A program made the translations under genes and the position numbers. A stretch of 63,964 nt of DNA, filler included, from Octopus bimaculoides (taxonomy: Eukaryota), in assembly GCF_001194135.2 (NCBI RefSeq). It is 8 parts of 6 records of this genome, joined end to end, with 100 filler letters (N's around TTAATTAATTAA, not from the genome) between each part and the next. Parts side by side here need not be neighbours in the genome. Positions count along the whole stretch, not along the records: positions 1 to 15,338 come from NC_068992.1; 7 more parts are not named here. One strand, 5' to 3'. Position 1 is the first letter of the stretch, and each line of letters starts with the position of its first letter. This document shows, piece after piece, positions 1 through 13,404 of this stretch. The notes beneath the pieces were generated by a model, which was not told the DNA's origin, searched no databases, and was given only the letters and a program-made list of their open reading frames with translations.

Positions 1-26
1 TATATATATATATATATATATATATA

Positions 27-176
27 TCTTTCAGTTTCCGCCTACCAAATCCACTCACAAGGTTTTGGTCACCCCGACGTTATACCAGAAGTCACTGCGC
101 AAGGCCCCATGTAGCAGGTCAGAACATAGAACTAAATGGATCTGAAGTAACTTCTTACCACACATCCACGACTGTG
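27..176 (-). mobile_element. Family-A SINE head
   Basis: TTTCAGTTTCCG.CTACCAAATCCACTCACAAGG motif. Further heads at ~34944-35105 and ~38045-38165; partial at ~22931-23110. Confidence 0.8.
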
Positions 177-889
177 ACTATTAGTAATATTGGAAGGAGA
201 TAAGAAGGTTTGGCTATTATTTCTGGCAAGTAGACTGAAGTATGCGTACAATGTATCATGACTATGTAAGACACTCGTATACTAGACGATTTTAGATTTA
301 TGTATTTTAGTTATATCTTCACACAGTAATATATCAATAGAAACATATTCCTTAGCAATATAGCTCTTAGGTAAATATATTCCAGATAATTATTTTTTGA
401 AAGCTACATTAGTTATTCTAACAATATCGTTCTTTTCTGTCTGTTTTGTACGTTACGACAAAAGAAATGTGAATATTTAACTACGAAAACATTGGTTTTC
501 TACTTGAAAACAACCCACACTTTGGGGCGAATATTTATGCTTATACAACGAAGTAAAGAAACAGACATACTTGATGTACATGTTAATCGTTTCAGTAATT
601 GAAATGCAGCCGGCCTGGGACACGGTGTGAGTCGAAGAGTTCCACACTATCGGATTTTTTGCCGAACTGCTAAGTAACAGGGACGAAAACAAACCAGCTT
701 ATGGTGGGGAAACAAACACAGATGCAAAGATAGACACAAACACATAAACAAACACACATACATACAAACTAACACATGCTAGCCGAAATTCCGAATTCAC
801 TGTCAACATCACTCTTGTTTAATAAATTTGTACTCTACAAAAGTATAGAGGACCCATCACATTCATGCAGTTATTCTCAACCAAGATCC

Positions 890-1180
890 ATATGGCTTAT
901 GGCCCACAATCTTAAGGTCGTTAGGTTGATTCCTGGCGGCACGTTATGTCCTAATGCAAAACACATTATTTCGCCTTGCTCCAGTCCACTCTGCTAGCAA
1001 AAGAGAGAAGTACTTGTACTTCAACGGGCCAACCTTGTCTCATTCGGAATCACACTGAATCTTCCCGTTAAGGGTACAGGTGTATGTGGAGTGCACGCTT
1101 ACTGACACGATAAATTCACGATCAGGCTGCTCCGTTGATCGTTTCAACTCGTACCCTTGTCGTTGTAACTGACAAAATGC
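890..1180 (+). mobile_element. tRNA-derived SINE, family C
   Basis: Homologous to ~53570-53880 (TTGCTCCAGTCCACTC, GGGCCAACC, CGTTGTAA). Confidence 0.7.
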
Positions 1181-1832
1181 CAGTTTTTTTTTCTTCTAAT
1201 TCTACAATACAAAAAATATTTTAACAATTACTTATACAATTTTTAATAATATTTAATTATAAAAATATAATACAGTATTTTAAACATCAATTGTTTATGG
1301 GGGTCCACCCGAGTAAAAGCGGGAATCAAAGAGGTAGATAGGTTTAAAATGTCTGAGAATCAGGGTATTAAAGTAAAAATGTTTTTATCGTAATTGAACA
1401 CACACACACAGACATATTTACAAGGGAGTCCAAACAGTTTCCGTGTATTAGTTCCATTATCAAGGCTCCGGTTGGCCTAGTGTTATTGTAGAATACCTTT
1501 GCTTAATACATGGGACTGTGTTGTAACCACAGGGCTATACCCTCGCCCTTTTTCTCAGCAATTGGTATTCAATCACCTACCCACTTGACTTCTAATTACA
1601 TTCAGTAATATCCTTATTAATTTCAAGAAAACTATGACATATTATAAACTTTGGGTACTTATGAACCTTCTGTGTTGCTTGGTAGTATTTTCTCTTTTAC
1701 ACTGCAATTATTGCTGATTGTAACTGAAGCGTTTAAGCAGATGAAATACACTCTAATTATGCAGTACTCTTCCTGTAAGGAATTAACATATCTACTTCAT
1801 GTTTCCACTGAGTTTGCAGTAATGAAAGAAAC

Positions 1833-1892
<60 letters not shown>

Positions 1893-2583
1893 TTAAGCTT
1901 CATAGATATAGATGATAGCTAGCGAAGAATTGGTTCTATGATCAGCAGGTGACTAAGCTCATTTCTCAGTATAACTTAAACCTATTATAACTATTTGGCT
2001 GAATACGGATGCCTACCTAGAACAAGTGGTATTACTTATCAAAATGTACATTAAATGCCAATTTATGCTACGGAATCCTAAATGGCTTTCTAAAACGAGG
2101 TAAGAAATAAGATGTATTCTAACTACAGATTACATAAGAGTTAACAATTACAAGATGTTATTCGTAACAAGGAAAATCCATTAGTATTTTAATTTCCGTT
2201 CTGTTGTGAAGGTGTGTGTTTATCTTTTTTTATGTAATTAATATCTGTACGTCTTAATCTGTTATTCAACGGATATCTGTCTTATGTGACTATTTGACTA
2301 TTCATCCTTTCATTCTATTAAGCAGACAAGAAAGTATTATCTAAGTACACACAAATAGAAATGCACACACACATATATATATATGTGCGTTTGTGTGCGT
2401 GCGTGAGAGTACAAACACAACTAGATATGTGCGTGCGTGTGTATACACACACACATATATACATATACATATTTATGTTATTATATACATATATATATAT
2501 ATACACACATATATACATGTGTGCGTAAGAGAGTGAGAGAGAGATAGTGTGTGTGTGTTTGTGTGTGTGTGTGNNNNNNNNNN

Positions 2584-2625
<42 letters not shown>

Positions 2626-4621
2626 CAACAAATTCAAATAATTTGGAAGCAACTTGCTTTACTCATGCAATCGTTTTTGTTCTGATGCTCAGATTAGATA
2701 TTGGATTTCCTTCAATTTGTACTATATCCCTATATTATATTTCTATTTTTATTACATGGTGAATATCAATGGAGTTTCAAGAAACGGGCGTGTATCAGAC
2801 TTAGGTAGCTTAACGTTTTTCGATTAATTTTCTTGAGTTCACTAGATACCAGAGAAATTTTGATTCTTATATATATATCTGGAAACATTTGCCTTGTGCA
2901 AGGAAAGTTAATCGAAAGCACATTATATAAGTCAACTTGTATCTGGCTCTACATTTATAATCACTTCACTAATGTGTTCGTCACCTCAATCAGCATATTT
3001 CTAGGCTTCTAGTAGCACCACATAACATTCATATTTCCTATTTTGTGCAACAAAAATATTGTCCTTGTTTTGAACAGTTAAATAACTAACAGTGATTCAC
3101 CAGTGTGTTTGCAATTATAATTATAATTCGTCTCAGATTCTTCTGTAGATCTGTTGTTATGTAAGAAAGCTATCTTATTCTAATACATTGTAGTCCACTT
3201 TATCATTTATGAAGCGTTTACTGTTTTGTGGAGGAGATAGGTTTTAATGGTAATATATTATCTCTCTCTCTCTCACACACATACATATATATATATGCAC
3301 ATACGCGCACAAAAACACATAATTTTACATATATATATATATGCGAATATGTCCATGTCTATATATATACAAAATTAAGGATAAAACCTCTTCAATGATT
3401 TTATCAAGTGACCACTTGCTAAAATCATTAAAGTGGTTTTATCCAAATTTTGTATAAATATATTTTTTTGCTCCTGATCAAATTGCATTCACTGCGATAT
3501 TATTATGATCATCAAAGTACGTGGTTCAGATGAAAAAATTAGATTTAAGTAGTGTATACATGTATATAATCGTGCGGATATATATATGTTGTTCGTATCG
3601 GTATGTATAAATATTTGCATTTATATATTATGGCATATTGTACTGATGACACCAATGAGTTTTAAAACCCTAAACCACAAACCGATCTACAATTCATCCT
3701 TTTTTGAAAAAAAAATCTTATTCATTTATTCATTAACCCGCTTACAACCTACTGGCGACTATTTCTAGCGTGGTGGTGGTGTTTATCTGCACCCTTGAAT
3801 ATAATTATATCATTATATATATTAGTATATATGTATANNNNNNNNNNNNNNNNNNNNNNNNNNNNNNNNNNNNNNNNNNNNNNNNNNNNNNNNNNNNNNN
3901 NNNNNNNNNNNNNNNNNNNNNNNNNNNNNNNNNNNNNNNNNNNNNNNNNNNNNNNNNNNNNNNNNNNNNNNNNNNNNNNNNNNNNNNNNNNNNNNNNNNN
4001 NNNNNNNNNNNNNNNNNNNNNNNNNNNNNNNNNNNNNNNNNNNNNNNNNNNNNNNNNNNNNNNNNNNNNNNNNNNNNNNNNNNNNNNNNNNNNNNNNNNN
4101 NNNNNNNNNNNNNNNNNNNNNNNNNNNNNNNNNNNNNNNNNNNNNNNNNNNNNNNNNNNNNNNNNNNNNNNNNNNNNNNNNNNNNNNNNNNNNNNNNNNN
4201 NNNNNNNNNNNNNNNNNNNNNNNNNNNNNNNNNNNNNNNNNNNNNNNNNNNNNNNNNNNNNNNNNNNNNNNNNNNNNNNNNNNNNNNNNNNNNNNNNNNN
4301 NNNNNNNNNNNNNNNNNNNNNNNNNNNNNNNNNNNNNNNNNNNNNNNNNNNNNNNNNNNNNNNNNNNNNNNNNNNNNNNNNNNNNNNNNNNNNNNNNNNN
4401 NNNNNNNNNNNNNNNNNNNNNNNNNNNNNNNNNNNNNNNNNNNNNNNNNNNNNNNNNNNNNNNNNNNNNNNNNNNNNNNNNNNNNNNNNNNNNNNNNNNN
4501 NNNNNNNNNNNNNNNNNNNNNNNNNNNNNNNNNNNNNNNNNNNNNNNNNNNNNNNNNNNNNNNNNNNNNNNNNNNNNNNNNNNNNNNNNNNNNNGTACTT
4601 TATTTTTTCTAATAAATATAA

Positions 4622-5849
4622 TCAGGTCATCCCATAAGTTCTGTCCGAATTTTGAATAAAAAAAGGGATCAAATGTTATATTTAATTGAAATTTAACCAT
4701 CAATGTACTTTCCCTGATTATCTATGACTTCCTTCCATCTACTTACAAGATTTTTAATCCCATCAATGTAAATTTCTTTTGGTTTCAAAGCGAAGAACTC
4801 TGAAATGTCAGTTCCGACCTCCTCCTGGCTTCCGAAAGTTATGTCCCCCAAATGATTCTGTATACTACGAAACAAATGGTAGTCTGAAGGAGCAAGGTCG
4901 AGGCAATGAGTTGGATGAGGCATTTTTCCCAAACAAGCTCTTCGATCTTCTGTGATGTGGTCTTTGCAGTGTGGGGTCACGCATTGTCCTGATGAAACAT
5001 CACTCCTTTTCAATTCTTCTTTTCTTCAAATCTTGGTTCAAACGCTCTAATTGATGACAGTAGACTTGAGCATTGATTGGTGCACTAGGTGGTAACACTT
5101 CAAAGTGAATTACTCCTTTGCAATCCCACCAGATAGAGAGAAGAAGCTTTTTTCCCATGAAGTTCCATTCTCGGTTGTGGTTGAGCTTTTTTCCCTTTTA
5201 CCAAGCCACAGTTAACGACGCTTGACATTTCGATAGACGATCTATTTTTCGTCACCAGTCACAAGCCTATCCAGAAAGGGTGAAATGAGTTCGCGGGAAT
5301 GGAGAGAAGAGCAGATGCCAAATCGGGATTTGCGGTTGATTTCGGAAATTCATGAGGCACCCATTTTCCAAGTTTAGGAACCTTTCCAAGTTGTTGAAGA
5401 TGACAATGAACAGTTGTATGGTTTGAACTAAGCTTTATTGTCAATTCGTCAACTGATAATGCAGGAGTTTCTTCAAGTAATGTCTCAAGGAGCTTATTAT
5501 CAAACTCAACTGGATGTCCTGTTCGATCTTCAGCTTCAAGACTGAAATCTCCACTTCTGAATTTTGCAAGTTATCTTCCGCAAGTTCTCTCATTCAAGCA
5601 TTCTTTCCCATAAACGGAGCGTATACTTCGAGCCGCTTCGGCTGCAGAGTTTCCTTTTTGTACTCTTTGGATACTTCAATGTTAGAAAGGGTTTTAATTC
5701 TATAATTCTGTAAAATAATATTTAATTAGTTTAAATGTACACAAATGCATAAAAATAATTCTAAATTCCATTAGACATTCTAAAATACTATTAAATTTCA
5801 TTCAGTTTTAAAAAAGTTAAAATCGGGCAGAACTTATGGGATGACGTGA
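4622..5849 (-). mobile_element. Second, older mariner of a different subfamily, ~1.23 kb, defective transposase on minus strand
   Basis: TIRs TCAGGTCATCCCATAAGTTCTGTCCGA / TCACGTCATCCCATAAGTTCTGCCCGA; TA at right end (5850-51). Motifs KGNSAAEAARSI, GKWVPHE, VTGDEK*, WWDCKG, HQDNA*PH, DLAPSDYHLFRS, RWKEVIDNQGKY; many stops and frameshifts. Confidence 0.93.
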
Positions 5850-7505
5850 TATATGGGCCTCATTGCAAAAATTTTCTTCGAAAATATGTATTTATGGGGA
5901 TATGTTATCCGAGCGGGCATCACTTTTGCTATCGTTCGTGTGCTTATGTACCGATGTGTGTGGTTGGTTAGGCTGACCATTCTTAGTACCTTCCACTTCC
6001 GAAAATACATTTGTCCCTATCGAGACTTCATTCATATAGGAGAAATGTTTAATAGTTTAAAGAAAACAAAGAATACACATAGAACGTTCATTTTGTAAAT
6101 ATCGTGCAGTAATATCAAGTCCTTTTTTGCCTACGTTCCTGCCATTTGTTTGTGTGTCCTTAATTGCTTTGTAAAATGCGTTATGATTTAATAAATAAAC
6201 AATGGCTTCTTCTGGACATTTTAACTGCTATTTCTGGGATATGGCAACTTTGAATAGCAGAAAAAATACATCATATACAGCAACGTATCTGGTGACTTTA
6301 ATAACAGAAACTAAAGCTCATCTCCTTCAGGTTCCAGAAGAAATTGAACGGTAATAGATGCTCCGAAGAACCGAAGAAATATTCGATGATGCAATAGTAG
6401 GATGAATAGTAATGAAGACACCCCAAAAGAAACGGAGAGCAATGAAACAAAAGATAAAACATACGCTAGAGACAAATAAAGAAAAATCATAAGCATTTCT
6501 CAAATGCAAACTTTTCAAAGTTAATATCAATCAGCACCGAATATTATGAATGAGACAAAATGAATATGCCAGCTGTATGGCTATGAATGACTTAATCGGC
6601 AGCATCGGCAATATATAAGCGATAAACAAATAAAGGTAACAAAATAATACACAGCCTAGCAAAAGAGAATACGATAATCTAATAAACAGGCGGGGTCAAA
6701 ACGAGTAAAATATGATCAGAGGAAAACGATATACTGATAAGATTTCTCAGGATCTGAAAATAATATAATTGTTAAAAATTGTTAAGCCGAACAATACACG
6801 TAAAAAAATAATTAGAACGACCACGTTTGGCAAATAGTATAAAACCGTGGGCAATACAACCAAAATAAATTTGATATAAAAAGAAAACAGCCAATGGAAA
6901 CGATAACTAGAGGCAAAAAGTGATCCATTCGATAGCATGTGAGTTAATCTCCAGTACGAAATAAAATAAATTGTCCGGACGATCGCATTAACGAGAAACG
7001 TGCATTGGTACTCTCACATTCTCTCTCTTTATCTGCTTTTGTTTTTTTTTTCTAAATATCTATATGTGCACGCATATGTGTGTGCATCGCTATCCTTTTC
7101 TCTCTCTCTCTCTCTCTTTTTTTTTTTTNNNNNNNNNNNNNNNNNNNNNNNNNNNNNNNNNNNNNNNNNNNNNNNNNNNNNNNNNNNNNNNNNNNNNNNN
7201 NNNNNNNNNNNNNNNNNNNNNNNNNNNNNNNNNNNNNNNNNNNNNNNNNNNNNNNNNNNNNNNNNNNNNNNNNNNNNNNNNNNNNNNNNNNNNNNNNNNN
7301 NNNNNNNNNNNNNNNNNNNNNNNNNNNNNNNNNNNNNNNNNNNNNNNNNNNNNNNNNNNNNNNNNNNNNNNNNNNNNNNNNNNNNNNNNNNNNNNNNNNN
7401 NNNNNNNNNNNNNNNNNNNNNNNNNNNNNNNNNNNNNNNNNNNNNNNNNNNNNNNNNNNNNNNNNNNNNNNNNNNNNNNNNNNNNNNNNNNNNNNNNNNN
7501 NNNNN

Positions 7506-7589
<84 letters not shown>

Positions 7590-9600
7590 GTGTGTGTATC
7601 ATCTACTAGGTGGATGTTTCTCTCATTCCATCCTTCAGGATTTATATTTACTATGCTGTCTTCATTTTTTCAGCATAATCTCTTCCACTTCTATTCTCCA
7701 TTTCCAGCTAGAAATGTCCTACTTTCTTTCTCTCTAGATATATTCTGAGCTTCAAAACAGCAATTTATTTACAACCCAATATTGAGAAGTTATCCTTTAT
7801 CTACACTTGACTTGTTTCAATATTCCATCTGATGGCGCATTTTGGATATGCCATTGAACAAAATATAATTGAGAGAAACTGGTTACATGACAAATATAAC
7901 TGGATGGGAAAATAGCAATAAATCATGACAGGGGATCCAGAAATGTCAGAAATACAGTCAATATAATCCTTAGATGTGATGGATCCACATTGTAGGAAAG
8001 TGCATAGCCTTAGGCAGGAAAGATAAACAGACATAGAAAATAAATAAATAAAGCAATCATATGCACAGACTCACGCACAGATGCCCTAACACATACGTAG
8101 AGATATCTTTTTTTATATTGCACGCAAACACATTGAAACACGCAATGGTACATACGCACACAGCTATACGTGTGTGTAAATGTATATTGTGTATATATAT
8201 ATATATATAAAGGAATAGAGAGAGAGAGAAACGACAAACATAGAGAAGAATCAGAAGGTATGAAATGTGACTAAAAAGTCAGTGACAGCAGATATTGCAA
8301 TGATTCTATTGCAATAATTGTACAGCAATAAACACAGTTTATATAATACAATATGAAGACCATACACATTTGCAATTTTGGTTAATACTTTATTTCACTC
8401 ATGTCCTTCTACATAACTTGTAAAGAGCTGCGTCTTGACCACCTGCCTGGCACAATAATGCTCGCTGACGATGTTTGTGACCTTAGGGTGAAATAACTAT
8501 ATTTTTAAATATCTATATTTAACAGTGACTAACAAATTATTGGTTCGTCATTATGAATTTTCTTTCTATTCTGCAGGCATAAAGTCTCCAGTTTTTCACT
8601 GGGAACATATAGAAGGCTATACATATAATGTGGATAATTTCCTGTCGATATAACCCTACTAAAACACTGTCAAATAATTATTTTGAAATGTATTATATAG
8701 TCCACTAAAGTGTGATGTCTATACGTAGACCGTTGCATGAAATAAAAATATATTTCCTATCCTCGAAAAGATAGTATATCAGTTTCTCGAAGGTATTGTA
8801 GATCAACAATTAATTTCACTGGAAAAAATTTCTGTCACGAATTTAAATATTAGTTTTAACTCATTTTACTTAACATAGATACGTAATTCTTCGGGAAAAG
8901 TTAGGGAAATCGTATACATACTCACATCTCGAAACAAAATATTTATCTTTTGATATTTATCTTTATCAAAAAAATATGAAAAACCTTACTTATTCTTTAA
9001 AACAAAAATATTTCGATGAAACAAATTGCAATACTATTCGCCGGTCTCTTCTATCCTGAAATGCGTTCTACAGAAGGCATTGGATTCGCCGTCCTACCTC
9101 AAAAGAAAAGTCTTTCTTCCATGATAACAAAACTGTTGTGTATTTGAAATAACGACCAAGCACTGAATGACAGACATATAATCAATATATAATTCTCAAA
9201 TGTAATGCACAAGAATAAATACGTAAGCTGTAATGCACTAACTATATAAGATAGATAGATATTTATGTATAAGAAAACATTTACAATGCTGTGAAATAAT
9301 TCTGTTTTAAAACACATAGAACGAGATCCCAAGCGTTTTAGCTTCGTGATAATAAAATACAACGGCTTCTTTGATATCGTTACTAATGATATATTTGATA
9401 TACCATATTGTATTCCAAACAAGACCTGAATCTAAATAGTTGGTTTAAAGTCAAAAGAAGGACATAAAAGCTGTACTAAAATGGTTTTCTCGTTTATATT
9501 CAATCGATTTACTGGATGTTTTCAATCGTATTTACACTTTTCTTTTCTTTTGTGAATTACCCCGCTTCATTTCAGACGCAGCAGCACAAAGACAGACTCA

Positions 9601-9684
<84 letters not shown>

Positions 9685-10447
9685 AATTCATGCATACATA
9701 CATACATATATACATACATACAAACATATATATGTATGTATGTGTGTGTATATAAATATATATATATAATAACAATAACTTTTGAACAGAATTTACAAAT
9801 ATTTTAATGCCCACAAATCACATAGCTCTGAAGACCACGGTCGTCTGTATTACTGGGAATACAGTCTAGTCTACAGTATCCGTGGACATCGGGTAGATCA
9901 TCTTCATGGATTCATTTCTTTAGCGGATATAACATTAATGGATGTTTAACCGAAGGCTGCTTATCACTTTTGAACAGTGAGGTTTATTGAGGTATGTGTG
10001 TACTTCTCACTGGTCAAAATTGATCATCAAAGCTCAATTAAACATACAAAGATACTACATCGACTGATCTATGAAGATGATCTACCTGATTCCCACGGAT
10101 TTTATGGACTACATTGTATGTAATCCTACCAGGAATACAGACTGTGATATTAAGAGGAATGTGACTTGCGGAAACGCACGTAGCGATGAGTTAAATTTTT
10201 ATAAATTCCATGCAAGGAATATTATCATTATTACTATATCTATTCTACATTATATCGGTTGAGCTCGGTATAATCCCAAACAATCTGATTCACAAGTCAG
10301 CAAATTTAAAAAACATATATATAATTTTACTACACGTGCAATAAATTCCTAACCAATTATCTACAGAGCAAATTGCTAGTTGTGAAATATTGTATGAATC
10401 GACGATATTATTCGAAAATGTACGTGGGATTTATGCGCGTGTAGTAA

Positions 10448-10481
<34 letters not shown>

Positions 10482-11094
10482 NNNNNNNNNNNNNNNNNNN
10501 NNNNNNNNNNNNNNNNNNNNNNNNNNNNNNNNNNNNNNNNNNNNNNNNNNNNNNNNNNNNNNNNNNNNNNNNNNNNNNNNNNNNNNNNNNNNNNNNNNNN
10601 NNNNNNNNNNNNNNNNNNNNNNNNNNNNNNNNNNNNNNNNNNNNNNNNNNNNNNNNNNNNNNNNNNNNNNNNNNNNNNNNNNNNNNNNNNNNNNNNNNNN
10701 NNNNNNNNNNNNNNNNNNNNNNNNNNNNNNNNNNNNNNNNNNNNNNNNNNNNNNNNNNNNNNNNNNNNNNNNNNNNNNNNNNNNNNNNNNNNNNNNNNNN
10801 NNNNNNNNNNNNNNNNNNNNNNNNNNNNNNNNNNNNNNNNNNNNNNNNNNNNNNNNNNNNNNNNNNNNNNNNNNNNNNNNNNNNNNNNNNNNNNNNNNNN
10901 NNNNNNNNNNNNNNNNNNNNNNNNNNNNNNNNNNNNNNNNNNNNNNNNNNNNNNNNNNNNNNNNNNNNNNNNNNNNNNNNNNNNNNNNNNNNNNNNNNNN
11001 GGGATTTTGTCAGTGAACATGTCGCGGTCTCAAATCGACGAAAGTATTTTGGCAAATTAGATTTAAATGTTGAAGGAATCTAACGGTTTTTGTC

Positions 11095-11185
11095 TGTTAA
11101 CCTTGACCAGGTGTGTTAACCTTGACCAGGTGTGTTAACCTTGACCAGGTGTGTTAACCTTGACCAGGTATGTTAACCTTGACCA
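11095..11185 (+). repeat. 19-bp minisatellite, 4.8 copies
   Basis: (TGTTAACCTTGACCAGGTG)n, nearly perfect. Confidence 0.95.
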
Positions 11186-12173
11186 TGGGTGACATGATGG
11201 GTATAATGGGCTTCGTCTATTTTACCCCACTGTCACTTTGATGGCATGTACTGCTCTTTCATTCAATAATAATCATAATAATATATTAGTGTAAACATTT
11301 TCATTATCATTAGCATTATTAGTTTGGCACTAATTTTTTTTTTAAATTCCATGCCAATAAACCGGCCGCTTCTTTTTGACACTCATTTAGTAATAGTTAT
11401 ATCTGAAGCAGCGAGAACCATTATCTTAATTTTGAGTATGTAGTAACATAAACGTCTATAAATAATGTCAAAATTATTTTTAAAAGTTACATTGCGTGAT
11501 TTTCTCAATCAGTTTTATATTAACAAATAATTATTAAATTCAATAATTATACTAAATTTGACTACATTCCAAGAGTTATGTAGTCATACTGACAAACGTA
11601 TTTGAATATATTGGGTTTTAAACTAATTATTTTTCAATCTTGCATCAAATTTGAATGAAAAAATATACAGAATAACTTAATAAAGGAATCCCAGGTTATC
11701 CTGGAACATGCAGAAATGTGGAAGAAACTAGAAAAATATGTAAAATTCAATAAATAATAATCATAACAGTTGAGTTTGGAAAACGATATCCAAATAGGCA
11801 AATAATATATAATACATAAACACAAATTAAATATATTGATATAAAACTCTATATAGAAGTTAAAAGAAATGAAATATTATTGTGAAAGAGTGAATACTTC
11901 AGTTCTGAATTGATTTGTCGAAGTCGTAGATATAAAGAAATTTGGGATTTTAGGAATGCTTAATGGAACATTCAAATATTCAATCTTTGTGTTATTGTTA
12001 TATATGTTATCTATCCATTAAACTAGGAATAGATACTGTATACAAAAACAGACGTACACGTGCAACTATCCTCGCGGATACACACGTACACGGCAGTTGC
12101 AGAGATAACGCCAACAAGAAAAACAAGTAGCTACAATATTACTAAGTTAAAGAAGAGCAAAAATAATAATTGT

Positions 12174-12830
12174 TTCGTTTTCTGATGATAGGTTTCAAGA
12201 TCTGGGGAATAGGGGCTTGTCAGTTACATCGACAAGAGCATTCAACTGTTCGATCCTGAAATGATTAAAGGTAAAGACGACCTCGGTGAAATTTGATCTC
12301 ACAACCTAAAGACGGGTAGAATAGCTCTAAGCATTACGACCGGCGTGCCAACGACACTGCTAGGTTGCAACCTTCTTAACAATAATAATAATGCTTTCTA
12401 CTATAGGCACAAGGGCTGAAATTTTTGGGAGAGGGTTTAATTCAATTACGTCGACCCAGTGCGTAACTGGTACTTATTTAATCGACCCCGAAAGGATGAA
12501 AGGCAAAGATGACCTCGGCGTAATTTGAACTCCAAACATAGCAACAGACGAAATACCTCTAAGTATTTTCCCGGCGTACTAACGATTCTGCAAGCTCGTC
12601 ACCTTCTTAGCAATAATAAATAAAAAAATCATTTCTACAACAAGAGCATGGACTGAATTTCTGGGAGAGGTTGCAATCTTAGTCTATTACATCGAAACAG
12701 GTATCCTTGCATCCACCCACAAATAGATCACAGGCAAACTCGACCTAGGTGGAATTTGATCTCAAAACGTAGACATGGATGAAATGGCGCTATTTTTTCA
12801 GGCATGCTCACGATTCTGCTAGTTCGCCGT
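12174..12830 (-). mobile_element. Three head-to-tail family-B SINE copies
   Basis: Copies ~12174-12373, 12391-12604, 12628-12830, each followed by TCTTA(A/G)CAA(T/C)A. Confidence 0.8.
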
Positions 12831-13172
12831 CTTAACAACAGTAATATGAAAAGCATTGTCTACAACCGCTATCACAATAACACAAATGACCAAAACAAAA
12901 AAACCATGATAAACACAACGACAAAATAATTACGTGGATTAAAACGACCAATGACATTTCAATAGGCACAACATATTTTTCGTGTATTTTGCAATGCAAT
13001 GAGCAACACATAATACATTAAAATGAAGGAAGTACAGGAAAAATTGAAAAACATGGAACCAATATGTTTAGCCCTGAAATAATTAAGATTTCTGTTGAAG
13101 AACCTCTGAACGCCCATATAAGGATAGATTCATCGAAAGGTATGAACGATAACTGCAGAAAATACAATATCC

Positions 13173-13404
13173 AGGCGGTGAGTTGGCAGAAACGTTAGCA
13201 CGCCGGACGAAATGCTTAGCCGTATTTTGTCCACCTTTACGTTCTCAGTTCAAATTCCGCCGAGGTCGACTTTGCCTTTCATCCTTTCGGGGTCGATGAA
13301 ATAAGTACCAGTGAAACACTGGGGTCAATGCAATCGACTTAATCCCATTGTCTGTCCTTGTTTCTCCCCTGTATGTTTAGTCCCTTGTGGGCAATAAAGA
13401 AAAG
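13173..13404 (+). mobile_element. Full-length tRNA-derived SINE (family B) with perfect 16-bp TSD
   Basis: A-box-like TGGCAGAAACG and B-box-like AGTTCAAATTCC; TSD AGAAAATACAATATCC at 13157-72 and 13405-20. Confidence 0.92.

Noticed and set aside
8577-8654. Terminal exon GIKSPVFHWEHIEGYTYNVDNFLSI* after a strong acceptor
   Set aside because: No phase-compatible upstream exon and no recognizable homology.
9825-9900. Hammerhead-like CTGAAGA followed by a CCACGG/CCGTGG stem
   Set aside because: No GAAA after the stem and no stem I.
13173-13262. tRNA gene
   Set aside because: A/B-box-like head of a SINE with TSD; no cloverleaf.
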